A DNA stretch of 64,000 bases, from positions 96,719 through 160,718 of the forward strand of contig CAYUBQ010000001.1 in the NCBI GenBank assembly GCA_964443135.1, given 5' to 3'. The notes below the pieces were generated by a model, which worked only from the letters and a program-made list of their open reading frames with translations, had not been told where the DNA came from and ran no database searches. This document shows, piece by piece, positions 50,530 through 60,475 of the stretch. The DNA comes from an uncultured Desulfobacterales bacterium. GTDB taxonomy: Bacteria; Desulfobacterota; DSM-4660; Desulfatiglandales; HGW-15. The position numbers and the translations under genes were made by a program. Each line of letters begins with the position of its first letter. Position 1 is the first letter of the stretch.

Positions 50530-51330
50530 GCGTTATCAAACAAGAAACTCTTTCAGGGATCATCGCGCTGATGCAGCTGTTTTCTCCGTTTGATGATTTG
50601 AAAAATCAGTACCAGCGATAACAGGAAAAACCCCGTTACACCAGTCATAATTCAGGTTTTTAAAAGAGAGAAAATAGATAAGAATAATGATAGGCAAAAG
50701 AAAATACCCTTTTGATAGAAAGGTTTTCGAAAAGCTCTCAAGCTCCTCCTCAAGCTCCTCTTTTGGTAGACTTTTTATTCCCCGCTTTTAGCCTCAAAGT
50801 GAACCATCATTTCAACAGAAACGAAAAACAAGGCAGCAGGAATCATGGCCGATTTGCCAACTTCCGGGAATGAGCTGCCGTGAAATGACGCAATAATGAG
50901 AGCAGCTGCACCCATTACCGGCGGCATGAACTAGCCTCACAAGATGCCGCGGCCGCCGCGGCCTCTACACCGACTGCGAATGTTGGCTTCAATCCGACCT
51001 TTTTCATCATTGGAATGGTAATAGCCCAGTTGTTACAGCGTTAGCTGGTGAGCTGCCTGATATAGAGCCCATAAAACCCGATGCAACAACGATGATCTTG
51101 GCCGGACCTCCGGGCATCTGATCAGTAAAACTCCTCGATAAGCCGATGAAAAACTCTTAACCTCCTGTTTTACTTATAAATGCACCAAAATCCGGTTGCG
51201 TCGTCTACGTGTTTGGAAATTAGATCGGCAATGGCGGCTCCAACCGGGTAGTGAAACCCACCGACACAAGCAGTGGCGATATTGATTTGTTAACGCCCAT
51301 ATGCAATCTTTGTTTCCACTGATAGTGACC
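50530..51330 (-). pseudogene. Decayed TRAP-transporter fused/large permease (DctM-like)
   Basis: No ORF of 60 aa or more across ~1 kb. Minus-strand fragments read ..GFMGSISGSSPANAVTTG | TIPMMKKVGLKPTFAVGVEAAA.. | ..FMPPVMGAAALIIASFHGSSFPEVGKSAMIPAA.. in different frames with stops. These match the conserved GS..AN..TTG.FTIP.MK..G......A.VEA.AS.GGQ.MPP.MGAAAF core of TRAP permeases. Confidence 0.55.
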
Positions 51331-51489
51331 AAAAAAATAGCATACAAAAAGACAACAGACTAAATGCAGTAATGCTTGTTAAATACTTTCTATAAATGCC
51401 GATTTTTGCACTTTATAGCCTATTGTTAAGCTCGATATCAACTGCAGACTAATAGGTAGTTAGTTGGAAAAGATAATTAATACTGACAT

Positions 51490-52644
51490 TCATATAATCA
51501 ACTCAATAATCTTCTCTAAATCTTTTCTAGATGCACATCGAGGATTTATCTGATTGAGAAGACTTTCATATGCCTCATCTATTATTGTACTTGTGTCTTC
51601 TAATAAAATGTTGGCATCGGACAGCCTCTTTGGAATACCGATATCATTCAAAAGAGTGTCAATTTCATCAATAACTTGTTGGCTGGCCTGCCTGTGTCTT
51701 GGATACTCTGTAAGGATTTTCCAATCAATTGCAGGCACAAGTTTCAGGAATCGCTCGGGATCGGCCAGCCAGTTGAAGCGAAGGATATGCGGCAGGATAA
51801 TGCCGCATGCAAGGCCGTGCCCCACTCGCCCGGTTACGCCCACCGGGTGTGCTAGGCCGTGAACCAGTCCTAGCCCGGCGGTGGTCATGGCAATGCCTGC
51901 GAGGCAGCTTGCATTCAACATGTTCTGGGCCCTCGTCCGGTTCCTTGTGTTCGCTACAAAGGCTCTCAGATTACCGAAAATCAGTTCAACAGAACCCACC
52001 GATGCCCTCTCCGTGATAAAATTGGCATTGGGATTGAAAAACGACTCCAAAGCATGAGTCAATGCGTCCACCCCGGTCTCGGCTGCGATATGGGCCGGGA
52101 TAGCCGTGAGAACATCTGCATCAAGGAATGCGACTTTCGAGAAAATCTGAGGACTCTTAAAAAACATCTTAAATTTCTTTTTATCATCGATGATAACGGC
52201 GGCGCTTGACACTTCGCTCCCCGTACCGGCTGTTGTGGGGATTGTTATCAGCGGCAGAGGGTTGTTGGGATAACTTTCCCTGGGTCCCTGAAATTTAATA
52301 AGATCGATTTCATTTGCCGCCAGGATACAAGCGGCTTTTGCCGCGTCTATGGAGCTTCCCCCACCCAAGCCGATAACAGCATCATGCTTTCCGTTCTTTA
52401 CTACCTCGACAGCCTTAGATACGTTCTCCACTTTCGGGTCGGGTTCAACGCCATCGAAAACCCCATGATCAATCTTCTCTTCCTTAAGGCACCCGGTAAC
52501 CTTATCCAGAATCCCGGCCCTGACTATGCCTGGATCTGTAATAATCAATGGCTTTCCAATTCCCAGACGAAGTATCTCTTTGGGTAGTTCACTAAGACAC
52601 CCGGCGAATGAAATTATTTTTACCGGAAACTCAAATATTGCCAT
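51490..52644 (-). CDS. Iron-containing (group III) alcohol dehydrogenase
   Basis: 384 aa. ..AVIGLGGGSSIDAAKA.., ..ITIPTTAGTGSEVS.. and ..LTHALESF....GLVHGLAHPVG..G.GHG are the Fe-ADH signatures. Confidence 0.9.
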   Translation of the reverse strand: MAIFEFPVKIISFAGCLSELPKEILRLGIGKPLIITDPGIVRAGILDKVTGCLKEEKIDHGVFDGVEPDPKVENVSKAVEVVKNGKHDAVIGLGGGSSIDAAKAACILAANEIDLIKFQGPRESYPNNPLPLITIPTTAGTGSEVSSAAVIIDDKKKFKMFFKSPQIFSKVAFLDADVLTAIPAHIAAETGVDALTHALESFFNPNANFITERASVGSVELIFGNLRAFVANTRNRTRAQNMLNASCLAGIAMTTAGLGLVHGLAHPVGVTGRVGHGLACGIILPHILRFNWLADPERFLKLVPAIDWKILTEYPRHRQASQQVIDEIDTLLNDIGIPKRLSDANILLEDTSTIIDEAYESLLNQINPRCASRKDLEKIIELII

Positions 52645-52683
52645 ATGTTAACCCTCCTCGGCTCTATATCTACAAAATTTAAC

Positions 52684-53391
52684 TCAGCCACCCAAGTATG
52701 CTTTCTTCACCCGTTCATCCACGGCAAGGTCTTTGGCAGGACCGGACAGGACTATCTCGCCATTTTCCAGGACATAACCCCTGTCTGCAATTTGAAGGGC
52801 AGCATATGCATTTTGTTCAACAAGCAGTATCGTTGTGCCCCGGTTGTTGATTTCACGAACTGCATCGAAGACAACACGCACAAGCATTGGCGCGAGCCCC
52901 AGGCTTGGCTCATCAAGTAAGAGCAGCCGAGGTCTCGACATAAGGCCACGCCCCATTGCGAGCATCTGCTGTTCGCCTCCTGATAGAGACCACCCCAGTT
53001 GTTTTTTTCTCTCCTTTAATCGTGGAAACAAATTAAAAACGTTATCTATGTCTTTGTCTATACTCTCTCCACGCTTCCTCCAAGGCGACGTAGCAATCTC
53101 CAGATTGCCGAATACAGTCAAGCCAGGAAAAATGCGACGTCCCTCAGGAACATGGCTTATGCCTTTTGATACAATATTTTCAACAGAGACCCTGGAGATG
53201 TCTTCTCCGAGAAATTTTATTTGTCCTTTCTGTGGTCTTATTAAACCTGAAATGGTCCTTAATATAGTTGATTTACCAGCACCATTTGCACCTATAAGAG
53301 TTACTATCTCCTCACTTTGAATGTCAAATCTGAGGTTACTCAAAGCAGGTATGTTTCCATAGAATACGTCCATATTCAATATTTCAAGCAT
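52684..53391 (-). CDS. livF: Branched-chain-amino-acid-type ABC transporter ATPase (LivF-like)
   Basis: ATG at 53391 (MLEILNMDVFYGNIPALSNL..). IGANGAGKST, LSGGEQQMLAMGRGL, LLLLDEPSLGLAP. About 235 aa. Overlaps livG by 8 nt. Confidence 0.85.
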   Translation of the reverse strand: MLEILNMDVFYGNIPALSNLRFDIQSEEIVTLIGANGAGKSTILRTISGLIRPQKGQIKFLGEDISRVSVENIVSKGISHVPEGRRIFPGLTVFGNLEIATSPWRKRGESIDKDIDNVFNLFPRLKERKKQLGWSLSGGEQQMLAMGRGLMSRPRLLLLDEPSLGLAPMLVRVVFDAVREINNRGTTILLVEQNAYAALQIADRGYVLENGEIVLSGPAKDLAVDERVKKAYLGG

Positions 53392-54172
53392 AATAATCAC
53401 TCTCTGTGCCCAGATAAGCCTCGATAACTTTTGGGTTGTTTTGAACCTCGGACGGAGTTCCTTCAGCAATCTTAGTACCGAATTCGATAACACTGATTCG
53501 GTCTGATGTATTCATGACTAACCGCATATTGTGCTCGATTAGAATAACGGTAATCCCCTTGTCCCGAATCTGGCTTATCAAATCAATGAGGTCAGTTGTC
53601 TCAGCCTGATTCATGCCCGCGGAAGGCTCATCCAATAAGACAAGTCGTGGTTCAGTGGCAAGCGCCCTCGCGATTTCCATAAGGCGCTTCTGTCCGTAAG
53701 GAAGGTTCACTGCATCCATATCTTTCCGGTCGGCCAGGCCTACAAAGCTCAGGGCATCAATCGCCTTCTCATACATCGCTACTTCTTCACGACGAGCGCT
53801 TGGCGTCTTGAAGATCGTTGAGATCAAATTCACGGAACCCCTGACATGGCGTGCAACCATGGTATTTTCCAAAACGCTAAGGCCTTCAAAAACCTTGATA
53901 TTTTGAAATGTCCTGGCAACCCCTTTCCGGGTCACAACATGGGGCGGAAAACCAACCAGGTTTTCCCCTGAAAAAACGATTGACCCAGCCACAGGTTTGT
54001 AGATACCGCTTATAATGTTCAGAATAGTTGTTTTTCCGGCACCATTAGGCCCCATGAGTGAATGGATTTCTCCTTGCTCAACATGAAAATCAACTCCAGA
54101 CACCGCCAGCAGCCCGCCGAATTTCATTGAAAGATCGCTGATCTCTATCAGGTGGGATGATTTATGCTTCAT
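53384..54172 (-). CDS. livG: Branched-chain-amino-acid-type ABC transporter ATPase (LivG-like)
   Basis: ..LSMKFGGLLAVSGVDF.., MGPNGAGKTT, ..YGQKRLMEIARALA.., LVLLDEPSAGMN. Confidence 0.85.
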   Translation of the reverse strand: MKHKSSHLIEISDLSMKFGGLLAVSGVDFHVEQGEIHSLMGPNGAGKTTILNIISGIYKPVAGSIVFSGENLVGFPPHVVTRKGVARTFQNIKVFEGLSVLENTMVARHVRGSVNLISTIFKTPSARREEVAMYEKAIDALSFVGLADRKDMDAVNLPYGQKRLMEIARALATEPRLVLLDEPSAGMNQAETTDLIDLISQIRDKGITVILIEHNMRLVMNTSDRISVIEFGTKIAEGTPSEVQNNPKVIEAYLGTESDYYA

Positions 54173-55146
54173 TTACCTACTCCGGCATAAAAACGGTTAG
54201 ACAGGTTTTTGACCAAACCCATTATCCCATAAGGCATAAATATCATAAGCATGACGATCCCAGCCCCGTAAATAATCATATAATATTGCCCCATAAAACG
54301 TAACCATTCCTTTAAAAAAACAAGTAAGGTTGCTCCAATTACAGGCCCGGCAATAGTTCCTGAACCCCCAACCAGCGTCATGGTCAGTACGTCCACAGAC
54401 AACATAACCGAAAACGCTTCCGGGCTTATTGACCCTATATAACTCGCATAGAGGCCACCGGCCAAGCCTGCAAAAAATGAGGACACCCCGAAATTCACCA
54501 GTCTCGTGGTGACCGGGTTAACTCCCATAACTGTTGCAGCCAGTTCTCCCACTTTGAGGGCTAACATGGAACGCCCGTACTTGGATCGACGTAAGCTGAT
54601 CGTAACAAGCATCGTTAGAACAATAAAAAACAAAACCAGATAAAAGTATGAGAATCGTGAATCAAAAACAATGGAGCCTAAAGCAGGCGGAGGTATATTA
54701 TTCACCCCATTTGTGCCGTTTGTTACTTCTGACCAGTTGAGTATGATATGCCGAACGATTTCACCGAAAGCTAAGGTGATTAAAACAAAGTAGTGACCAC
54801 CAAGACGGGTGGCAGGAAATCCAACCAGAATTCCAGCAAAACTGGTAGCCAGGGCCGCACCAAACAATGCAGGAAAATAATTCAATCCGATTCCCATTGT
54901 TAATCCGGCAGTACAGTATGCCCCAATAGCAAAAAATCCGGCTTGTCCGATCGAAATAAGACCCAAATAACCATTAATATAATTAAGGCTGTAAGTTAAT
55001 ATAATAAATATGCCTGCAAGGTTTAACATATTCATATAATATCGTGAGTCTTTGAAAAAAATCGGCAAAATTAATGCCATTCCCAGGAAAATGCCGGATA
55101 CGATTTTCCGTGTTTGTTCTAAGTTCATTAGCCTTCCCCGCTTCAA
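54169..55146 (-). CDS. livM: Branched-chain-amino-acid-type ABC permease (LivM-like)
   Basis: Polytopic. ..GYLGLISIGQAGFFAIGAY.. is a typical LivM motif. 4-nt overlaps with both neighbouring genes. Confidence 0.8.
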   Translation of the reverse strand: MKRGRLMNLEQTRKIVSGIFLGMALILPIFFKDSRYYMNMLNLAGIFIILTYSLNYINGYLGLISIGQAGFFAIGAYCTAGLTMGIGLNYFPALFGAALATSFAGILVGFPATRLGGHYFVLITLAFGEIVRHIILNWSEVTNGTNGVNNIPPPALGSIVFDSRFSYFYLVLFFIVLTMLVTISLRRSKYGRSMLALKVGELAATVMGVNPVTTRLVNFGVSSFFAGLAGGLYASYIGSISPEAFSVMLSVDVLTMTLVGGSGTIAGPVIGATLLVFLKEWLRFMGQYYMIIYGAGIVMLMIFMPYGIMGLVKNLSNRFYAGVGK

Positions 55147-56006
55147 ACCTTTTCCGCAATCTTCTCGCCAAAAAAGCCTTGCGGCAAAACAAGTAAAACA
55201 GTGATGAGTATCAGAAATGAGATTACATCTTTGTATTCAGAGGTAAGGTGAGATGCGACCATCACTTCTGTAACTCCAAGGAATAACCCTGCGATCATAA
55301 GCCCTGGAATGCTTCCAAATCCTCCGATTACAATTGCAATAAAGGCTTTAACAATTAGATATAATCCTATATCGGGCTCAATAAACCAAACAGGCGCCAC
55401 CAAAAACCCTGCGATTGAAGCTAGAATACCAGCTAACACAAAAGTTAAAGCGATCATCCAGTTAACTTTAATCCCCATAAGTCTCGCCGTTTCCTGATCC
55501 TGCGCTGTTGCTTCAAGTTTCCTGCCGATTGAAGTACGCGAAAAAAATAATCCTTGTCCGATAAATACCAAAGCAGTAACCAGGAATATTAATAATTGAT
55601 GGCGTGGAATAACGACTTCTCCGAACTTAATAACCCCAAACCCCAAAAAAGAATCAATTTTCAAAGGATCGGGTCCCCAGGCGACCAAGGCTGAGCTTCT
55701 AAGGAGTGTGCTTAAACCTATTGAAGCTATAATTATCGTTACGACTGGTCTGTTCCTCATGGGATAATAGGCGAAAAAATTGTTGAAAAGCCCCAACACA
55801 CTCATTGCCAAAATGGAAAAAACAAATCCCAGACCGAGAGGCAATCCGAATGTTGTTGTTGCAAGAAATCCCAAGTACCCTCCGAACATAACCATCTCGC
55901 CGTATGCAAAATTGACCGCTCCGACCGCGTTGTATATTAGTATAAAGCCAAGGCCGCACATCGCATAAATGCAGCCTATTGATAAGCCGCTGGCTATTTC
56001 CTGCAT
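55143..56006 (-). CDS. livH: Branched-chain-amino-acid-type ABC permease (LivH-like)
   Basis: 287 aa. ..GLSIGCIYAMCGLGFILIYNAVGAVNFAYGEMVMFG.. is a typical LivH N-terminus. Confidence 0.85.
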   Translation of the reverse strand: MQEIASGLSIGCIYAMCGLGFILIYNAVGAVNFAYGEMVMFGGYLGFLATTTFGLPLGLGFVFSILAMSVLGLFNNFFAYYPMRNRPVVTIIIASIGLSTLLRSSALVAWGPDPLKIDSFLGFGVIKFGEVVIPRHQLLIFLVTALVFIGQGLFFSRTSIGRKLEATAQDQETARLMGIKVNWMIALTFVLAGILASIAGFLVAPVWFIEPDIGLYLIVKAFIAIVIGGFGSIPGLMIAGLFLGVTEVMVASHLTSEYKDVISFLILITVLLVLPQGFFGEKIAEKV

Positions 56007-56085
56007 CCTTCACTCCTTGCGGTCACTGACATGTAGAAGCGATAGGGGCATAGATTCGAAGTCCATGCCCCAATCGCTGATCGTT

Positions 56086-57234
56086 TTAATCGGAAATACC
56101 GAAGTCATATTTTTTGACAACAGTTGGTATGGCTTTTCCATCTTCCATATGATACTTCAACATAACAGCAAACCATGCACCATTCTGTTCCTCATCAAAT
56201 TTATAGCTCCCCGCCAAACCGTCGTAGCTGTTTTTCCGAAGCCATTCCGCAATCTTCACACGGTCTGGTCCGACTTCACTGATCGCAGTAAAAAGGAAGT
56301 TTGCAGCATCATAATAGGGGACAGCAAAGGAATCAGGATTTGTATTGAACCTTTCGCGGTATTTTTTCGTCCATGCCTGCATTTCAGGTGCGGGGTCATA
56401 ATTCGGTTCAGCAGCAGCCTCGACATAGACACCTTCCATTCCCTCGCCTACCAGTTCATGCACTGTAGGCATAGAGGCCGCCGATGAGGCTACATGAGGT
56501 ACGTTGATCCCCAGATCGTGCTGCTGCTTGAGGAGCTGTGCGGTATCGGGCGGATGAGCCTGGGAAATTATGACGTCAGGGTCGGATCTTTTTACCTCCA
56601 TAAGCTGGCCGGTCATATCTCTGTCAACCTTTTCATGCCAAGTTTCGGCCACTGGCGTAACACCCCTCTCTTTAAGGCTTTCGACCAGCACTTCATGTCC
56701 AGATTTCCCGTATTCAGTCGTCACGCACATCAGGGCAGGACGCTGTGATTTCAGTTCTTCCACCGCAAAGGCCGCGCATATCTCCTTTATGAATCCGTCA
56801 TGCGGGTAAAGCCTGAAATACCAGGGATTGTCCTTCTTGGTAAGCTCACGCGTTCCGGATGTGCTCATGAGAACAATTTTTTCCTTTTGTACTTCCGGAA
56901 ACATGGCAAATAACTGAAAACTGTAAATCGGACCTAGAATTGCACATACGTTTTCATTGAGAACCCGGTCAAGTGCCATCATTGCCATGGTTGTGGAATC
57001 ACCTGAATCTTCAATAATCAGTTTGATCTTCTCCCCATTAATCCCTCCTTTTGTATTCCATTCTTCCGCTGCCAGAATGGCTGAGTTAATCTGCCTCTGG
57101 CAGAGCTGAGCCAGGCCGGTGGTTTGTGATCCAATAACGCCGACGTTGATTTCAGCTCCTGCTGTATTATACTGGCTTAATCCTAATGCAATAACTAAGC
57201 AGCCCACTTTTACTATTTTGTTTAGAAACCTCAT
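56086..57234 (-). CDS. ABC transporter periplasmic substrate-binding protein (Leu/Ile/Val-binding-protein fold)
   Basis: ATG at 57234 follows GGAGG plus 9 nt. Signal sequence is MRFLNKIVKVGCLVIALGLSQYNTAGA. ..INVGVIGSQTGLAQL... is Peripla_BP_6-like. The ligand cannot be inferred. Confidence 0.8.
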   Translation of the reverse strand: MRFLNKIVKVGCLVIALGLSQYNTAGAEINVGVIGSQTTGLAQLCQRQINSAILAAEEWNTKGGINGEKIKLIIEDSGDSTTMAMMALDRVLNENVCAILGPIYSFQLFAMFPEVQKEKIVLMSTSGTRELTKKDNPWYFRLYPHDGFIKEICAAFAVEELKSQRPALMCVTTEYGKSGHEVLVESLKERGVTPVAETWHEKVDRDMTGQLMEVKRSDPDVIISQAHPPDTAQLLKQQHDLGINVPHVASSAASMPTVHELVGEGMEGVYVEAAAEPNYDPAPEMQAWTKKYRERFNTNPDSFAVPYYDAANFLFTAISEVGPDRVKIAEWLRKNSYDGLAGSYKFDEEQNGAWFAVMLKYHMEDGKAIPTVVKKYDFGISD

Positions 57235-57301
57235 GTTATAAGCCTCCTTCAATTAACATTTATGTAAACCTCAATTGATGAACACCGATTTTTAATTTAA
57301 T

Positions 57302-57697
57302 TTAATTTAAAATAGCTACAGCTTCAATTTCAAGCATTAGATCTTTATGAACGAGTCCTTTTACTTCAACCATTGTGCTCGCAGGGTAGAAGTCACTGAA
57401 ATATTCAGAACGAAGCTGAACAACTTTTGAAAACTCGGAAACATCGGTCACATAATAATTAGTTTTAATAACATCGGCAAAATCAGCCCCGGCCTTTGCC
57501 AGAATAAATCTAAGGTTCTCAAAAATGCGGCGCGCTTGGGCCGCAATATCCCCTTTCCCAACTACCTTGCCGTTCTCATCGAAGGCAACCTGACCCGAAA
57601 TGAAGAGGAGTCTGCTCGCTGTTACAGACACTGCGGGTGAATACGTAGCCGTCCATTTCCCGCATTCCCCGGGTACTATGGCCTCCTTGCTCATCAT
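57302..57697 (-). CDS. RidA/YjgF-family protein
   Basis: ..LLFISGQVAFDENGKVVGKGDIAAQARRIFENLRFILAKAGADFADVIKTNYYVTD......FYPASTMVEVKGL.....LEIEAVA matches the RidA pattern. Confidence 0.9.
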   Translation of the reverse strand: MMSKEAIVPGECGKWTATYSPAVSVTASRLLFISGQVAFDENGKVVGKGDIAAQARRIFENLRFILAKAGADFADVIKTNYYVTDVSEFSKVVQLRSEYFSDFYPASTMVEVKGLVHKDLMLEIEAVAILN

Positions 57698-57714
57698 TCC
57701 CCCCTTTCTCCTGG

Positions 57715-58131
57715 TTAATAATTTGTTTTTTCACAATAAATCCTGAAAGCCACCTCACCAATTCCTCCACATCCAACACCGGTATCCGTACACTTCATAT
57801 GATCGAACAGGTGCCCGTTTGCGTCCTGGCCCTGGCTTAATCGGTCAAATATGACATAGCTGATCGGGAGAATCGGGGCCAAGGCCCACAGGCACAAGGG
57901 AAAAGTGCATTCCTCGGAAATAATCATCCCGCTCCCGTTCATTACATAGCGATCACCGATCTTGGGCTTGTAGCCGCAATTTTCGGACTTGACCACTTCC
58001 ATGATCACCTTATAGCCCCGCCGGGCCGGGCCGCCCTGGATAATCTTGATTTGTTTTTTAGAAAGGCTCTCAACCTGCCTGTCATTGAAACCAAGGGCCT
58101 CCTTTGCCGCCTGCTTTAGTTTTTCATCCAT
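57715..58131 (-). CDS. Small Cys-containing protein of unknown function (resembles the TIGR04076 family, from memory)
   Basis: ATG at 58131 (MDEKLKQAAKEALG..) overlaps the upstream Moco-subunit gene by 8 nt. ..ENCGYKPKIGDRYVMNG...ECTFPLCLWALAPILP...CTDTGVGCGGIGEVAFRIYC. The family name needs checking by HMM. Confidence 0.6.
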   Translation of the reverse strand: MDEKLKQAAKEALGFNDRQVESLSKKQIKIIQGGPARRGYKVIMEVVKSENCGYKPKIGDRYVMNGSGMIISEECTFPLCLWALAPILPISYVIFDRLSQGQDANGHLFDHMKCTDTGVGCGGIGEVAFRIYCEKTNY

Positions 58132-60439
58132 GGGTCCCTCCTTCGTCGATGGTCTTTTTAGCCTGCAACGCCTCAAGGATATGTTCAGGATAAACCGGTA
58201 TCCTTGTTATGCTCCTCCCTATTGCATTGCAAACAGCATTGAGAATTGCAGGAGCGGTTGTGTTTAAAGAGTGTTCCGCCATGCCTTTAGCCCCATAGGG
58301 GCCCGTGGGATATGGTGTTTCAATAAATTCAGCACCAAATTCAACAGGAATATCCAATGAAGTCGGTATTGAATATTCAGCAAGGGAAAGCGTCATAGCG
58401 TTACCGTTCTGAACAATGAAATCCTCCATCAAAACAAATCCCAGTGCCTGAATCGATCCCCCATATTGCTGGCCCATTGCCATTACAGGATTTATAACTT
58501 TTCCTGAATCGTGCAGATTTAGTAATTTCAGAACCTGGACTGAGCCTGTTTCCATATCAACGGAGACATCAGCTGCAGAAGCCATGAAGGTATGCCCGTA
58601 CATAAGACGCGGCTCCGGATATTTGAACCACCCTTCTTCGCGCAACTGAATACCTTCATCCGAGCAGAATTTTGCAATGTCAACTATGCCGGCACTCCGT
58701 CCTGCCTCGCCCTTTACTGCTATTTTACCGTCTTCGTATAATAAACTGCCTCTATCAACTTCAAACAGGAGCGCAGCTCGATCAATAAGTGTGTCCCTGA
58801 TCTTGCAGGTGGCCAGGATCAACGAATTTCCAAGCACATAGGTGAGCCGCGAGGCAGAAGTCCTTCCAGCCGGGGGACAAGTGCGTGTATCCGTCATCTC
58901 CACCATGACCTTGTCCACCCCAATCTCCAATTCTTCCGCTGCAATCTGAGCCAAAACCGTGGTTATCCCCTGTCCAAGCTCGCATCCACCGGCATAAACA
59001 ATGGCGCTGCCGTCGGAAAACAATTCCACCGCCGTCCCCACGCCTGCTTTGCCAAGAACTGGAATTGCCGCCACATCAAAGACCGGCATATCGAAACAGA
59101 TCGAACGGCCCACCCTGGTTTTTTCCTCATCCCGGTTTGCCGGCGGCGGCCCCATCTCCTCCACAAGCCTGTCCGCCAGAATCTGAAGGCTTACCGGGCT
59201 GTCCCCCCGCAGTGGAGCGATTGTCTTTTCTTCGGGTTTCAAAAAATTCCTCTTCCTCAGTTCCAGCGGATCAATTTTCAGTTTTCGCGCCAGCTTGTCG
59301 ATTATTCCTTCTCTTGCCAGCGCGGCCTGGGGCGCACCGAACCCACGGAACGCATCCGCGTCAACGTTATTCGTGTACACGGCTTTTCCCACTACCTGAA
59401 GATTGGGGATGCTGTACGGGCCTACAATGGCAGAGACAGTCAGCCCCAGTACCTCGGGAGTCCTGGAGGAATAAGGGCCCGCGTCAGCTACAATAGAGGC
59501 GTCTATGGCCTCAATACGGCCTTCCAAGCCTGCCCCCGCCCTTATCCGTATTTCCTGAGCGTGGCGTTTCGGGTGTGCAATGAATGACTCCTGACGGGTC
59601 AGCACCAGTTTGACAGGGCCCCTCGTCAGATAAGCCATGGCTGCGAGATGCACTTGTATTGTATTGTGAAGCTTGCCCCCGAAGGCCCCCCCGGACGGCA
59701 CGCCTTTTATGTGGATCCTGCTCTTTGGTATACCCAGACCATGAGATACGTCTTCCAGCAGGGCAGAAGGATCTTGTATTGCAGACAGAATGTGGAGAAT
59801 CCCGCTGCTATCCACATAGGCCACACCTGCTTCTGTCTCAAGGTACGCGTGCTCTTGATGGGAAGTAATGTAAACGTCTTCCACAACTGCATGGCATTTC
59901 ATGAAGCAGGACTCCACGTCGCCATGCAGTAACTTTGTCTGATAGCAAACATTTCCTTCAGCTTCCGGGATGGACTTATACGCGCTTTTTCCGCCGCCGG
60001 TATGGATTCCCACCGCCCCATCGGATAAAGACTGCATTGTCGTAGTGATGGGGGTCAACTCCTCATATTCCACATTAATGCTTCTCAGGGCCTCATCAGC
60101 GACTTCCAAAGACTCGGCTACCACCAGTGCCACTGCATCGCCGATAAACCGTGTTTGCTCGCCCACCCCCACCAGGACCGGGCGATGATGAATATCATAG
60201 CCGAAAAGGTTGGTTCCCTTGATATCCTCAGCGGTTATGATGCTCTTTACTCCATTGATACTCTCCGCCGAGGACTTGTCGATTGTCAGGACGACGGCTC
60301 GCGGAAAGGCGCTGTAAAGGATTCTCCCGAAAAACATCCCGGGCAGTTCCAAGTCGCTGGCGAATTTTGTTTCCCCTTTCACTTTTCCGACGGCATCAAG
60401 CCTGTCAATTCCCTTTCCAATGTAAGCCTTTGTTTCCAT
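58124..60439 (-). CDS. Xanthine dehydrogenase/aldehyde oxidase family molybdopterin-binding subunit
   Basis: 771 aa. ..IGKGIDRLDAVGKVKGETKFASDL.LPGMFFGRILYSAFPRA.. is the a/b-hammerhead start. ..AFRGFGAPQ.. and ..GQGITTVLAQIAAEEL.. are family motifs. Confidence 0.9.
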   Translation of the reverse strand: METKAYIGKGIDRLDAVGKVKGETKFASDLELPGMFFGRILYSAFPRAVVLTIDKSSAESINGVKSIITAEDIKGTNLFGYDIHHRPVLVGVGEQTRFIGDAVALVVAESLEVADEALRSINVEYEELTPITTTMQSLSDGAVGIHTGGGKSAYKSIPEAEGNVCYQTKLLHGDVESCFMKCHAVVEDVYITSHQEHAYLETEAGVAYVDSSGILHILSAIQDPSALLEDVSHGLGIPKSRIHIKGVPSGGAFGGKLHNTIQVHLAAMAYLTRGPVKLVLTRQESFIAHPKRHAQEIRIRAGAGLEGRIEAIDASIVADAGPYSSRTPEVLGLTVSAIVGPYSIPNLQVVGKAVYTNNVDADAFRGFGAPQAALAREGIIDKLARKLKIDPLELRKRNFLKPEEKTIAPLRGDSPVSLQILADRLVEEMGPPPANRDEEKTRVGRSICFDMPVFDVAAIPVLGKAGVGTAVELFSDGSAIVYAGGCELGQGITTVLAQIAAEELEIGVDKVMVEMTDTRTCPPAGRTSASRLTYVLGNSLILATCKIRDTLIDRAALLFEVDRGSLLYEDGKIAVKGEAGRSAGIVDIAKFCSDEGIQLREEGWFKYPEPRLMYGHTFMASAADVSVDMETGSVQVLKLLNLHDSGKVINPVMAMGQQYGGSIQALGFVLMEDFIVQNGNAMTLSLAEYSIPTSLDIPVEFGAEFIETPYPTGPYGAKGMAEHSLNTTAPAILNAVCNAIGRSITRIPVYPEHILEALQAKKTIDEGGTHG

Positions 60440-60475
60440 GGGTACTCCTAACCGCCGTTCCGGTAGCTGGACGTT

